From the human T2T-CHM13v2.0 reference genome, Homo sapiens, in assembly GCF_009914755.1 (NCBI RefSeq), contig NC_060931.1: DNA of 64,000 nt, one strand, 5' to 3'. The notes under the pieces were generated by a model, which was not told the origin of the DNA, did no database searches, and worked only from the letters and a program-made list of their open reading frames with translations. Made by a program: the position numbers and the translations under genes. Shown piece by piece: positions 43,097 through 56,816 of this stretch (positions within the stretch are counted from its first letter, which is position 1; every line of letters begins with the position of its first letter).

Positions 43097-44689
43097 TAAT
43101 TCTCAGGCTCCTCATCTGTGGGAACAATAACATCTTGCCAACCCAATCCACAGAAACATTCAACTGTGTTACACCTCACAGAATTGGTGTAAAAAGCAAA
43201 ATTAAATGACAATGCTTATAAACTATTTTAAAAATTATTCAGTGCTGAGGATTGTCACTTCCAAAGGTCAAGAGCCAGAAAGGACGTTGCAAACTAGCCA
43301 TGAGTTGGAGGCAGAAGCAAGTGCCCCACCTCTAGCTGTAGGGTAAGTCCACACACACATGGAAGAGGGAAAATGAAAAGTTGCCTTTCAAACGTCTCTT
43401 ATTAGCAGCCTGGTCACAGGTTAGTGGCAAAGTGTACAGCGGTTAAACTAATTTTTACTGCACTGATGTACCGTTTTGAAAATCAGAAGCACAAGTAAAA
43501 CATCTTGTTTTTTCTTCTGATTTTTCAAAACCTCCAGATCCCTATTATTTCAATCTGGAGTATTTGCAGTAAAACACAAATGCTAACAGTAACAAGAGCA
43601 AACGACATGACCACACTTGACAATGCCAAAGCCATGTTCCCAGTGCTCTGCTTCACAGGGATCACTTACTATGAGGATATTTTTCTGGAAGGGTGAAATG
43701 GAATTCAACCACACAACCCCTAATAACACTAATAGAAACCACACTGCACGCGCAGCACATTTCTGATAGTCTACCAAATGGATATCAGATTTTGTGGTGA
43801 CATCAGTGGCTGGCACACGGGCTGAAACACTTGCTAGTAAGCAAAGAAAAGTTTGTTTCTGAAAATCTCACCTGTATCCTCTGGTGACAACGTGAGTCAG
43901 GCTGAGGTGAATTTGAAAATTACACCTGCTACATAAGCAAACGCGTCCTCAGAGCTCATTCTGGATAAATCAATAAATTCTGCCGACCTCCTCTGTGGGA
44001 AGTCACTCCGTACTGTTAAATTTTGCAAACAGTATTTTCCTTCCTGGTATTTATTCCATCTTCATTAAAAATGGTTCGTACAGTTTTGTAAGTAAAGTCT
44101 GTCTCCTCCACTGTAATCTAAGTCCCATGGGGGTGAGGGCCATTTCTTTCTTATTCATCTTCATATCGTCCAGAGCCAAGGGCACAAATCTCTGTTGACC
44201 AAAAACACAGGTATGCTGAGTTTTTTGGGTGGGGGGGTCGGGGGTGCCAAATTTAAAGGGGTATAAGTCAGCTCCCCGTCATCAGGAGTTCACAAACCCA
44301 ATCGACTAATGAGACATCACAAACGGAAGACAATTTACAGCATAGATTAAGCGTAAGACAAATGACAAATGATTTAGATTATAATCCCAAAAGACATGCT
44401 ATACATATTACTACAATATATATCTTTGTGCAGAAAGCCTTATTCTGTAAAATTATATTCTTAAGTGATACTCCCAGAGCTGGAATGATGTGGTAGTATT
44501 TTATAGAAAAATAATATTGACACCCTTTTTCTGCAAAAATTAATTTTAAAAATGGTAATATTTGTGATAGTTTAACAAACTTCCTAGCTTAAAGCTTTTG
44601 AAAATATTTTAAAAGAAAAATTATTAAAGTGTGTGTAAAACAAAGATGAGGAACTTTAAAACAATTCCTTAACCACTTACTAATCGTTA

Positions 44690-45835
44690 TTACTCCAATA
44701 TGGAAAAAGCTTAGATCTCCCTCTTGTCCTTAACACAAGGAAAAGACTGAACAACCTGAAAATCAAGGACCTTTTTTGTATCCATTGAAGAATTGAGGTC
44801 ATAGGGAAAACCGCTGCTCTGAAAACCAGAGAGACAATACACGGAGGATCACTGCTGGAGTCAGCTGAGCCGGGGCTGCAGGGCAGGAGCCCCAAGCTGG
44901 CAGGAATATTAGATGGTGATTTGGATGAACTGCTGGAGGCTGCACATAGCCCAGCCTGAGAGTGAGAAATTCCTGGGGCCCAACCTTAGGGGGGGCCCAC
45001 ACTCTCGTGGTTTTACCTCCAGGAACCCCACCAGGTTCTCAAATAAAGAGCCAAGAAAAAAATCCCTTGTATTTTAGGCAGGGAGAAGGGAAAGTAATCA
45101 TTTTAAAGGACACCCAGGGCATTCTCCATCACAAAGACCTCCTCTGCAGGGAAAAGACTTTACCAGGGACTAATCTCACCTACCACCTGCAGGGAGGACA
45201 ACTACCCATCTCCAGCCCCCTCTGGCTCCCTTTGTCACCGAAGGAAAATAATATAGGGCAGCGGCTCTGATCTACTTAAAGAAAGGAAGAGCATCACAGA
45301 AGGAATACATGAAAGGAAAATATTTTTTATGCTTAATCTTTTCTTATCAGTAACTATTTTTTCATTGTAACAATGGTAATAACGTATTGGTTGATTATAG
45401 TATATGGATAAGTAAAATGAATGACAGCAACATTATAAGAGATTGGCAGAAGGGATTGGGAATATTTTGTTATAAGTTACCTACCTGCACTCTCGTGAAC
45501 TGCATATTGTTATTTGAAAGTGAACTTAAAGTAGTTGTAAATGTATATTGCAAACTATGGGGTAACCACTAAGAAAATATTTAGATATAATTATAACTGA
45601 TAAGCCAAAAGAAGAGAGAAGGAGAGATCATATAAAATGCTTAATTAAAGCCAGAGAACTCAGTAAAAGAGGGGAAGGGGAAAAGTTCAACACACAGAAA
45701 ACAGTTACAAACATGGTAAATATTAATCCAGCTAGATCAAAAATCACTTTAAATGTAAATGGTCTAAATACACCAATTAAAAGGCAGAGATTGTCAGCGT
45801 GGATTAAAAAAATCAAGACTCAAGTAAATGTCTAC
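44690..45835 (+). mobile_element. Old L1M 5' region through ORF2 start
   Basis: Ends in atcactttaaatgtaaatggtctaaatacaccaattaaaaggcagagattg (ITLNVNGLNTPIKRQRL, endonuclease start); the 5' part is less certain. Confidence 0.6.
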
Positions 45836-47149
45836 AAATATGATCATGCTTTCTGTCTTCCTGGCTGATCACAGTACTCCTGCCAAACTTGAAGCTCTGC
45901 AAAGATGAAACCTAATTTGCTTCAGCATTTTTCAGCATAGGGTTGTTTTCATTAGTATTTGTATTACTATAGAAATGATAGAAATAATAATATCCACCAC
46001 TGATTAAGCACCTACTGTATGCTAGGCATTGTGATCTCAATACATAGGAGGTCCTTAATGATCACTTGATGAATGGATGGATAAACTAATAAACCAATTA
46101 ATAAAAACTCTAAGCATGCTGAATTTTGTCTTCACCTACATCTATGCCCAGCTTTCTTTTAATGAGTGACTACCATACAGCCAGGTCTGGTTTATATAAG
46201 CTGCAAAGGGAGAGGAAAAAGCATAGATTTTAATCTAATATTAAATTCTCCATGAAGAAATTGTCTCTAGTTATCAGTAAATTCATCTTTCACTGCCTTG
46301 CCATTCACCAACCCTTCTAAGGACTGGTCTGTCTGCTTTTTCTGTCCTTGTTCACAGTGATGGAAAATAGGAAATGCATAAAAGTACACACCCCACTGCT
46401 TCACAAATTGGGTTATCACTAACAGAGAATCGTATGCTCTATGAAGGAAAGTCCTAAAAGTAATCTAATCTACAGGGACCCAATCTTCACTCCCAAAAAT
46501 CATGACACGCAGAATCTGGAACTTTGGCACCAAGTTTGAGGAAGGACCTGGATATATGGAACCACATCAACCTGGAAGCCCAGAGTGTAACAGTTACCAG
46601 GTCAGGACGACCACATGGGCGCTGGCCTGAGCACCAGGAAATCCAGGTTGCAGATATGAGCTGGTAATTCTTATGCACAATTATGCACAATTCCCCAATT
46701 CTCTGGCCTCAGTTTCATCGTCTATAAAGTGAGCAGACATACCCTAAGTAATCTCTCATATCCTCTCCAAATTCAAAGTTCTAGATTGATGAAAACAATA
46801 ATTATTGAATCTATATATATAACTCTGTTGTGCGATTCAATCCTATATGAGAGTGTGAACACAGAGACAATATAAAATACAGCAAGTTCCCATTGCCTTC
46901 ATTAATATTGTTTCATAATTTGAAAGCCAAATGGTATTTATCAAACGTAAACACAAGGTACATAAAACTAGTCTCATTCCACACCACGTCTGTTACCTCT
47001 CTTCACTCCTAAACTTACTTAAACTTCAATTAACACCATGTTTCCTCACAACCAGCCAGCTTTCGAACTTCTCCACACACTAGTCCAGAGCTCCTGACTC
47101 TTGATTATTCTGTCTTAAAGCCAAAAATCCTACCACATCGCAATAAATG

Positions 47150-47390
47150 AACAGTAATCAATACTATACAGTGTCCATCAAGGGTATGTCAGGCACTGTG
47201 CTCAGTGGTTCCTACGTTATCTATTCCATCCTCATTGCAAATCCATGAAGTAGGTCCTACCCATATTCAACCCACAGAGAAGCTGAGTCTCTGGGAGATT
47301 AGGTGACTTGGTCCAGGCCATAGGTCTAGCAGGTTTTAGAACCAAAAGTCAAACTTAACTCTTCCTGAGTTCCTAGCCATGTTCTTGCCA
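47150..47390 (-). mobile_element. MIR
   Basis: tatgtcaggcactgtgctcagtg...gagattaggtgacttggtccaggccata. Confidence 0.65.
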
Positions 47391-47965
47391 TTTTATCAGT
47401 TTTTAAATATCTTTAGTAGCAGAACGCTCTTTGGAGTAAAAATATGTACACAGAACTCCAACATACAAAACAAAAGTGATAGTATATTGGAAGTGGAAAC
47501 ATATAAACGAACACACTATTATAAAGGAAATATTTTCCTATTATAAAGGAAATCAATGAAAAACACAACAAATGCTGATAAACACAGAAACCAGGAGTTG
47601 CTCATGACATCTGCAGATATTTCACCAGCCTCTGCATCCTGCTTCCTTTGGTATTCTGTTTGAGTTGCACATTGCCCTACATAGTTGAAAATAACCATGG
47701 GTTTTTAACATTTCACCTTGCAATCTGGCTATTCTTCAATCAAATTGACCCAGACATTTGCAACAAGAGTAGGAAACTATAAAAATATGTAAAGCAACCC
47801 CAGGCGTACAATATCTACCATATGTAGCAAAAATATAAGGGCACGATGGCCAGATGCATATTCACTTGTTACCATACAAATGACTGATAAGCTGTCACTA
47901 GATCAAATGTCAAGTAAACGTGAAAGCTTGTGTGGCCATTCATTGAGCCAGTATTGCCACTATAA

Positions 47966-47967
<2 letters not shown>

Positions 47968-48000
<33 letters not shown>

Positions 48001-48022
48001 TACACATCTATACACACATATA
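47968..48022. repeat. (CA)n microsatellite with (TA)-mixed tail
   Basis: Direct inspection. Confidence 0.9.
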
Positions 48023-48420
48023 TGTAATGCTTTGGAAACACTGTCTTTTACAGACTTTGACATAAGTGAGAATCACAAGCCTAAATTCCAAGAAAGATCA
48101 TTATAGAGATAAAACTTTTAAATTAATAATGGATTAGAAGAAGTTCAAATATTGACCCCAAAATGACAGGATTATCTTCATTTCAAAGTCTTCCCCAAAG
48201 AAATTAATCTAGAAGCACAAAGTAATGTCTTAATGGCTTGTTATTTTCCAGTGTGTTAAAATGTAGCATACACTGCAATTCGAGGATGTTATTGTTATCA
48301 CTACCTTTACAAATAGTTTAAATTATCTATGAATATACATATTCATAAACACTATACTAATGCACATGGTTTGGTCCTGTGGTGCTGAGTCCTGCCTGGG
48401 CATGCAGAGGAAGTTTTCTA

Positions 48421-48763
<343 letters not shown>

Positions 48764-50537
48764 CCCAGCATATTATTTTTTTTAAAAAAAGACTGCCCAG
48801 TCAGACTCTCTGAATGAAATGAGTTCTTAAATGGAGCCGACCACCTGGTTTCATTAGTTGTCCCTTCTTGTTAGGAAAGTGCCAAGTCACCTTGCACTGG
48901 GCATTTTCTAAGTGATCCCATTTGAGGTGCAGCTTTAAACTGATATTTTGCAGGCTAGCAGTCACCTACCCAATGTCAAACGTAAAACAGTAGAAGGATT
49001 GGTGTCAAGAATTTTCTTAACTAATGTAGTGTTTGGGTGCTGAGGAATTTATTAACAAAACTATTAATGCTTGAAATGTTTTTGTCAAGTTTTGCAAAAA
49101 TGTCACAAATGTTTAAGATGCCATCCACACAGGCTATCTGCCAGGAAAAAGCAAACCCATTACATAGGACTTGATGGAATATTTATAAGATCCAATTTCG
49201 AACAGATCCAGGCACTCGACCAAAGTGCAAGATAGATGCTTCATTTTTAGAATTTAAGCTTCTAATGAAATTCAACAAAACAGAAAAGAAAGAGAATTCA
49301 AATAATTTTCAGTGCCCAATATTTTTCTTGAGATTGTTCAATATACTCAGAGATATAGTTTTATGTAGTTATCCATTTATCCCAAAGAATTCCTGAGATA
49401 TCTTCAAAATTTAGTTATGCTGCAAAAAAAAAAAAGTGGTCTTTCATGGATATTCAGTTTAATCAACTTATTAAAGAAAGCAGAGACACTACATGAAAGA
49501 CCAACAAACTAAAAAAGGATCCCTGGAAAGAAAGAGTGAAATTATTGGATAAAGTTACGGTAGACAGATACTGTAAATGTTATAACCCTAAGTTGCCCAG
49601 TGAGGAGGAGAATCTCTAGCAGCTGAGCTCTCTAGCCTCATCCTCCTCTGGAAAGACTGATGCGCTGTGCTGGAGATGGCTCACCCCCCAGTGGTAGCTT
49701 ATGCCTAAAAGAATAGAAAAGAATGCTCATGCCAAGAATTTTGCTACAGTTCAACATTTCATTGGGGAAAAGTATAATTGAATGAATCACATGAACTAAT
49801 TTTTTAAAGTCCAGACTCACTCCAGGCCACTTAAAGGGGTGTCATTTACTTAAAACAAAAATTGTGCTTGAACATCAGTCCTGGTGAGATTGAATTTTGT
49901 GGCCTGTTTCCAAGAATATGGGGGCCTGGATTGATGCAGCCAGTGCCTCTCCCACTGCCGTCACACAGAAAAACTAGTTCAAAATCAACATTTTTAAAAG
50001 ACACAGCTGAGCTCAAGAGAAAGAGCAGAAAGCCCCAGAGGTCAAGGGTGAAAGAAGCAGCAGGCGGCACATGGGTGACCCAAGGCCTCGGGCAGGAGAC
50101 TGGACCCGGCAGTCCAGCTCACACAGCTTCCGGATGTGCAGCCTGTGCCCACAGCAGGGAGACTGGCTGAGCTCTGCAGATGATGTGCAAAGCCACAAGG
50201 CCACGTATCAATGGATGGGGCAGGGTAAAGATGCTTGCTTTCTCCCCAGGGTCTGGGGAGGTAAAACCTCATCCATAAGGTGCAGAATTTCCAAATCTGC
50301 AGCAGGAGAAGGGTGTGGAGTCTGAATGTGACTGCCCAAAGAGAGCAGGAACTCCAAGCAAAAAAATTACCTCAAAATTTAGACTGGAACTGCTGAAGCC
50401 TGCATGGACCAAAAGGAGCAAAAATGAGAACACTTCGAATGAGGAATTACCAAACCAGGACGGTGGAAACACCGCACACACGCACACACACTACAAAACG
50501 CACCTTGTTTTTCCCACTTTGGAAGTGAGGAAACAGT

Positions 50538-51253
50538 TGTTGCGGGAAGTCAGGGACCCCGAACGGAGGGACCGGCTGAAGCCAAGGCAGAAGAACGTGG
50601 ATTGTGAAGATTTCGTGGACATTTATTAGTTCCCCAAAATTAATACTTTTGTAATTTCTTACGCCTGTCTTTACTGCAATCTCTGAACATAAATTGTGAA
50701 GATTTCATGGACACTTATCATTTCCCCAGTCAATACCCTTGTGATTTCCTATGCCTGTCATTACTTTAATCTCTTAATCCCGTCATCTTCGTAAACTGAG
50801 GAGGATGTATGTCACCTCAGGACCCTGTGATGATTGCGTTAACTGCACAAATTGTTTGTAGAGCATGTGTGTTTAAACAATATAAAATCTGGGCACCTTG
50901 AAAAAAGAACAGGATAACAGCAATGTTCAGGGAACAAGAGAGATAACCTTAAACTCTGACCACCGGTGAGCCAGGCGGAACAGAGCCATATTTCTCTTCT
51001 TTCAAAAGCAAATGGGAGAAATATCGCTGCATTCTTTTTCTCAGCAAGGAACATCCCTGAGAAAGAGAACGCATCCCTGAGGGTAGGCCTCTAAAATGGC
51101 CGCTTCAGGGGGTGGCCATCTTTTATGGTCGAAGCTGTAGGGATGAAATAAGCCCCAGTCTCCCATAGTGCTCCCAGGCTTATTAGGATGAGGAAATTCC
51201 CGCCTAATAAGCCTGGGAGCGCTATGGGAGACTGGGGCTTATTTCATCCCACA
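50538..51253 (+). mobile_element. MER11 LTR (HERV-K11/HML-8 family), 3'-truncated by a fold-back inversion, inserted in a MIR
   Basis: Starts tgttgcgggaagtcagggaccccgaacggagggaccggctgaagcc; ends in a 48-bp inverted repeat; MIR-like sequence on both flanks. Confidence 0.85.
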
Positions 51254-51623
51254 TAGGAGTTACGTAAGTTACCCCCTGTCAAAGACCTATTTTGCAATAA
51301 AGCTGCCATTTGAACCCAGGCAGTTCTCTGGAGTCATCTTTAAAATACGATGCTTAAGTCCATTTCATCACTAAGTTGCTGCACCCACACAGCTGAATGA
51401 CATACATGGCCCTGCCAACTGATGTCACTTTGCAGGGCAATTACAAATTTAATTTGAACCAAATGATAACGAAGGGTAATACATATCAAAAATTTGGAGA
51501 AACAGCTCTCATAGTACCCAAAGAGAAATATTTAGCCTTACATGCATGTATGAGAAAAAATTTAAAATTAGTAAGCCAAGAGTCCAACATAAGCTTGCAA
51601 ATCCTGAGAAAGGAAGAGGAAGG

Positions 51624-52690
51624 TGATGCGGATGGAATGTCTGCGTGCCTCTGTTGACTGTGATTATGAGACCTCGGTTCTTTTCTTTTTCGTTAAAAGA
51701 ATGTAAACCAGAGACACACATCAAAGGAGGTGCAGCACAGAGCCACTGATTGCAGGGGAGAAAGCATACTCTGAGCGTTAGGTGCAAACAAGGAAGTAAC
51801 ACTCTGGAGAGCATTTGGAGCAGGCTCCTCATGAGGACAAGACAGCATTGACAGTTACTGGGCCCCTTTATGGAAGTCTTACCTGATTGTTCAAAAGGAA
51901 TGGGAAGAGGTGTTGCTAGGAAGCATGCTCTGTGCAGTTCCCTGGGCACACCTGTGCAGTAGCTGTACATGCTTGTTCATAAGTCACATGTCTTATTAAC
52001 AACTGAAATCTCCACCCAGGGGTGTGTAGTTTACTATTATAGTGAGCAAAGGGTCAGTCTGAGGACAGGCAAAATCAAAATGCACATGCTGTCTACAGGA
52101 GAAATTCCCTACTGGAGACAGCTTTGCTTGAGTGAGTTTGACTACAGTGCGAATGCCAGGGCTTTTTTGTTGGTGGTGCGGTCACCATGGTTGCCACATC
52201 TCAAGGACATGGTTATTTCCTTGACTACCTATGCTGCCTTACCTCCAAAACTCATATGTTGAAGTCCTAACCTCCAGTGTGGCTATATTTGGAGACTGGG
52301 CTTCGAGGGAAATAATTAAGGTTAAATGAGGCTATAAGGGTGGGGCCCTGATCCCATAGAATTAGTGTCCTTATAAGAAGAGACACTCTCCCTTTCTCTC
52401 TCCCTTTTTCTCTCTCCCTCTCCCTCCTTCTTTTTCTCTCTGTCCCTCTCTCTCTCTCTCTCCTTCTTTCTCTCACTCTCCCTCCCACTCCTCCCACCGA
52501 GCCCTGAGGAAAGGCCACATGAGGACACAGAAGATGACTGTCTGCAACCCAAGGAGAGAGCCCTCACCAGAACCTGACCATGTGCCACCTTGGTCTTGGA
52601 CTTCCAGCCTCCATAACTGTGAGCAATAAATGTCTGTTATGCCACCCAGTCTACACTACGTTGTTATGTCAGCCTGAGCCAACTAATAGA
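51624..52690 (+). mobile_element. MLT1A-like MaLR LTR split by an ERV1 LTR; contains a (CT)n tract 52385-52500
   Basis: 5' stub tgatgcggatggaatgtctgcgtgcctc continues at cctccaaaactcatatgttgaagtcctaacc...ccaactaata. Confidence 0.8.
51652..52241 (-). mobile_element. ERV1-class solo LTR (MER66-like)
   Basis: 4-bp TSD cctc; aatctccacccaggggtgtg...gagcaaagggtcagtctgaggacagg. Confidence 0.65.
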
Positions 52691-52789
52691 GATGGAATTA
52701 AAGATAAAAGCAGAATAAGGAAAATAATGATGATAAGGAAAATAATGAGATTAGATGACATGTTTTATAACACATGGCCTTCATAAATA

Positions 52790-53440
52790 CTTGGGCCATT
52801 TTAATCTATGATAACTTTGGGTATTTACAAGATGGTTCATCTTTGAACTATTTTTCTTCTTCAAAATTGCCTTTGCTATTCTTGGCCCTTTTTATTTTCA
52901 TATAGATTTTATCATGAGTGTATCAATTTCCAAAAAATATTGCTGAGATTTTGGTTGGAATTGCATTGAATCTACAGATGTTCTTGGAAATAATGACATT
53001 TTTACAATAACATGACACCTCGTTCATGGGCACAGCAAGTCTGTCCATAGATGAAGCTCTTCTTTCCTTTATTTCTATCATGTTTTCTAATTTTCAGCAC
53101 AGAGATCGCCTCATTTTTCACTACAGTTATGCATGGAAATTTCCTATCTGTGATGCATTTATTAAAATTTTATTTCCAGTTGTTTAATGACCATATATAG
53201 AAAGGCAGTTATTATTAACCTTGTATCCTGCAAAATTTTATTTCCAGTTGTTTAATGACCATATATAGAAAGGCAGTTATTATTAACCTTGTATCCTGCA
53301 AAATTTTATTTCCAGTTTTCCTTGTTTAATGACCATGTATAGAAAGGCAGTTATTAACCTTGTATCCTGCAACCTTGAAAACTTTACCTATGAATTCTAA
53401 GACTTTACCTGTAGATTCTTTCGGATTTTCTATCAACAAT
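52790..53440 (-). mobile_element. Old L1M ORF2 fragment
   Basis: ttgctgagattttggttggaattgcattgaatctacagat. Confidence 0.75.
53164..53370. repeat. 68-bp tandem triplication
   Basis: Copies at 53164 and 53232 are identical; the copy at 53300 is diverged. Confidence 0.95.
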
Positions 53441-54293
53441 ATTTAATATCTGAACACATTAAATCTGATATCTGAACTATTTTCCATTTGCTGACTGATT
53501 TCCTCAGTTGCATTCCTGACTCTGTTTTTAAAAAGAGTATTAAGAAATTATGCTTCCAGGAGCCATCCATTAGATGAGAGGATGCCAGAATTCTTCCGTG
53601 ACTGCCCCATCTGCAGCTTGGCTGAGCTAAGTACCCTCCCTTCATGCTTGGACAGCACACCGTGTCTATATCTATCCTCCTGAAATGAGCTGTGTATGAG
53701 GATCATCTTGTCCTTGTCTTTCCCTTCTCCTGAAGACAAGGCCCATTCTCTTCAATTTTATATCCTTAATGCCTCCTGGAAGATAATAAGCTCTCAATAA
53801 ATATCTATGGAACTGAAGAGCTAAACTAAATTATTAGCGTCCATGATGGCCAAGGGTTTCACTCTGTGCTCTTATTCAATCCTCATGAAATCTATGAGGT
53901 AAGAAGAGCAGACATAATTAATAACCAGGTTACAGGAAGCTACAGGTCAAAATAGTAATTAAGTGGGAATTGTCCACAGCGATAAACCTGGTCCACAGCA
54001 GACCTGGGGCCAGGAACTCATGCTCTTTCCCTTCCCCTTTTGCTGTTTCCAGACAAAAATGAAAATGCTGAGAGTGTGGCTCTGGGTCAGACTTTTTATA
54101 CTACGCACATAAAAAGCAAATACTTTGGTAGAGGTCATTTATTGATTTATGTGTTTGTTCTAGCATCCAAGGCTTCAGGAACCAAAGGGCCATCATGTTT
54201 TTGTAGCAGGCAAGACAGTCTCCTACAGTATTTAAACTGATCATTACGGAGCTACGTGGCTCAAATCTACAGATCATTATATTCATGATGGGA

Positions 54294-54670
54294 TGTTATG
54301 GACTGAATCGAGTTCTCCCTCTCTCAAAATTAATATGCTGAAGTCCCAGCCCCTGCAATGTGACTGTATTTGAACATAAGGTCTTTAAAGAGGTGATTAA
54401 GTCAAACTGAGGTCATTAGGTGGGGGCCTAATCCAATCTGCCTGGTGTCCTCATAAGAAGAGGAGATTCAAACACAGACACACAGAGGGATGACCCTGTG
54501 AGGACACAGGGCAAAGATGCTTCTACAAGCCACGCAGAGAGGCCCCAGCAGAAACTAACCCTGCTGACACCTTGATCTTGGACTTCCAGCCTCCAGAGCT
54601 ATGAGAAAAAATTTCTGTGGCTTCGGCCTCATACAGTCTGTGATCTTTGCCACAGAAGCCCTGAGACACA
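54294..54670 (+). mobile_element. MLT1B-like MaLR LTR
   Basis: tgttatggactgaat...gaggtcattaggtgggggcctaatccaat...ccttgatcttggacttccagcctccaga. Confidence 0.8.
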
Positions 54671-55501
54671 GGTGGCACTGTCAGATGAAGTCCTCTTCCA
54701 TGTGTGGATACCTACTGGGCTTGTCTCTCCTCCTTTCCTGTGCTCCCCCTTCACATCTAGGCACGTAGGGAAAAAGGAGGACAGCTCTTCCCACTCACAT
54801 CTGACCTCCCTGCAGCACCTGACATCAGACCCTTTCCCCACCCTCATCCCCAAGACATACCCATCCTCCACATGGGTATAACCTCCCACATGAGCACCTC
54901 ACATGTGAACAGAGGATGAGCCAAGGGAGAGGAGAGACGAGGAGGAGTGTTGCTCATGGGAAGAACAAATGGAACACTGTCTGCAGGACTCACCATGTCC
55001 ATGCAGAGGATACAGCCATTGCACTGTCAACCCCTATCGGCTCCCAGGCTGGGTGGACCTCACGCTGTGGACAGCAGCCAGGGGAGAGGGCAAAATCAGA
55101 CAACAGGATTCCCTGATTGTTCTGACATCAGGCCAACCCACTGAAGGCATGGGAGAGCAAGGTCTTGCCCTGCCTTCTCTCAACTCATGTGTCATTATGC
55201 TTCCATAATGCTTCAATTCATGTGTCATGAATTGAGAGACACCCATCATGAGACACCCCTTCTGCCTTTCTCCTCTACTGCAATGGCAGCACTAGAAGAG
55301 AAAGGAAGAATGGGTATGCAACTTAGGCTGAGTCCAATGCGTCCTTTGACCTGTCACTGGAGGAGCAACAGGCTGCCTGTGCCCAACAAGTTTGCATACA
55401 TTGGGCTTGGATTTATATATTTATGCAAAACTCTAAATGTTTATAAGTATTTAAGCTCATACAAAAAAATCCTCAGTCCTTCATTTCTTCTCTTGACTTG
55501 A

Positions 55502-55852
<351 letters not shown>

Positions 55853-55885
55853 TATGGTGTTAATTCTGGGATCAAATTAGGCTCA

Positions 55886-56251
<366 letters not shown>

Positions 56252-56816
56252 CTAGTAGTCTTTCTTTGGTGATAACACTACAGGCAGCTGGTTGTCTTCC
56301 AACTGTGTAAAAACCATATTTTGCTTCTGTAAGCCAAAGTACACAAGAGTCTCACATTTTATTCCTACTATGTCTTACCAGGTCCCTCAACAAGTGAAAT
56401 CCAACAAACTCTGTCATTTAATTAATAGTATTTATCGATATTAATTTCTTAGTTTTGATTACTATATGATGGTTATATAAGATATTAATACTGGAGGAAG
56501 TTGAGGGAAGGGTATATTGGTAACTGCAGTATTTTGCAACTCTTTAAGTCTAAATCATCTCAAAGTTAAAAGTTTAAAAAAAAAATCAGGCTTTGGAATT
56601 GGTCTGGAAATGAGGATAAAGAAATATTAAAGTTGTTGCCTTCGTTTTCTGGTTCAGGGATTGAGGGATGGTGGTGCCACAGCCTTTAATAAGGAATCCT
56701 CTTTTAGGTAGGAAAATATTGGCACCTGTAACAAATAATCCTCAAAATTTAAACAGCTTAACAAGACAAAATTTTTATTTTTCTCTCAAACCACAATTCC
56801 AATGTGGATATTCTGT

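Noticed and set aside
50598-50760. Internal tandem duplication within the LTR
   Set aside because: As recalled, a native feature of MER11 LTRs rather than locus-specific
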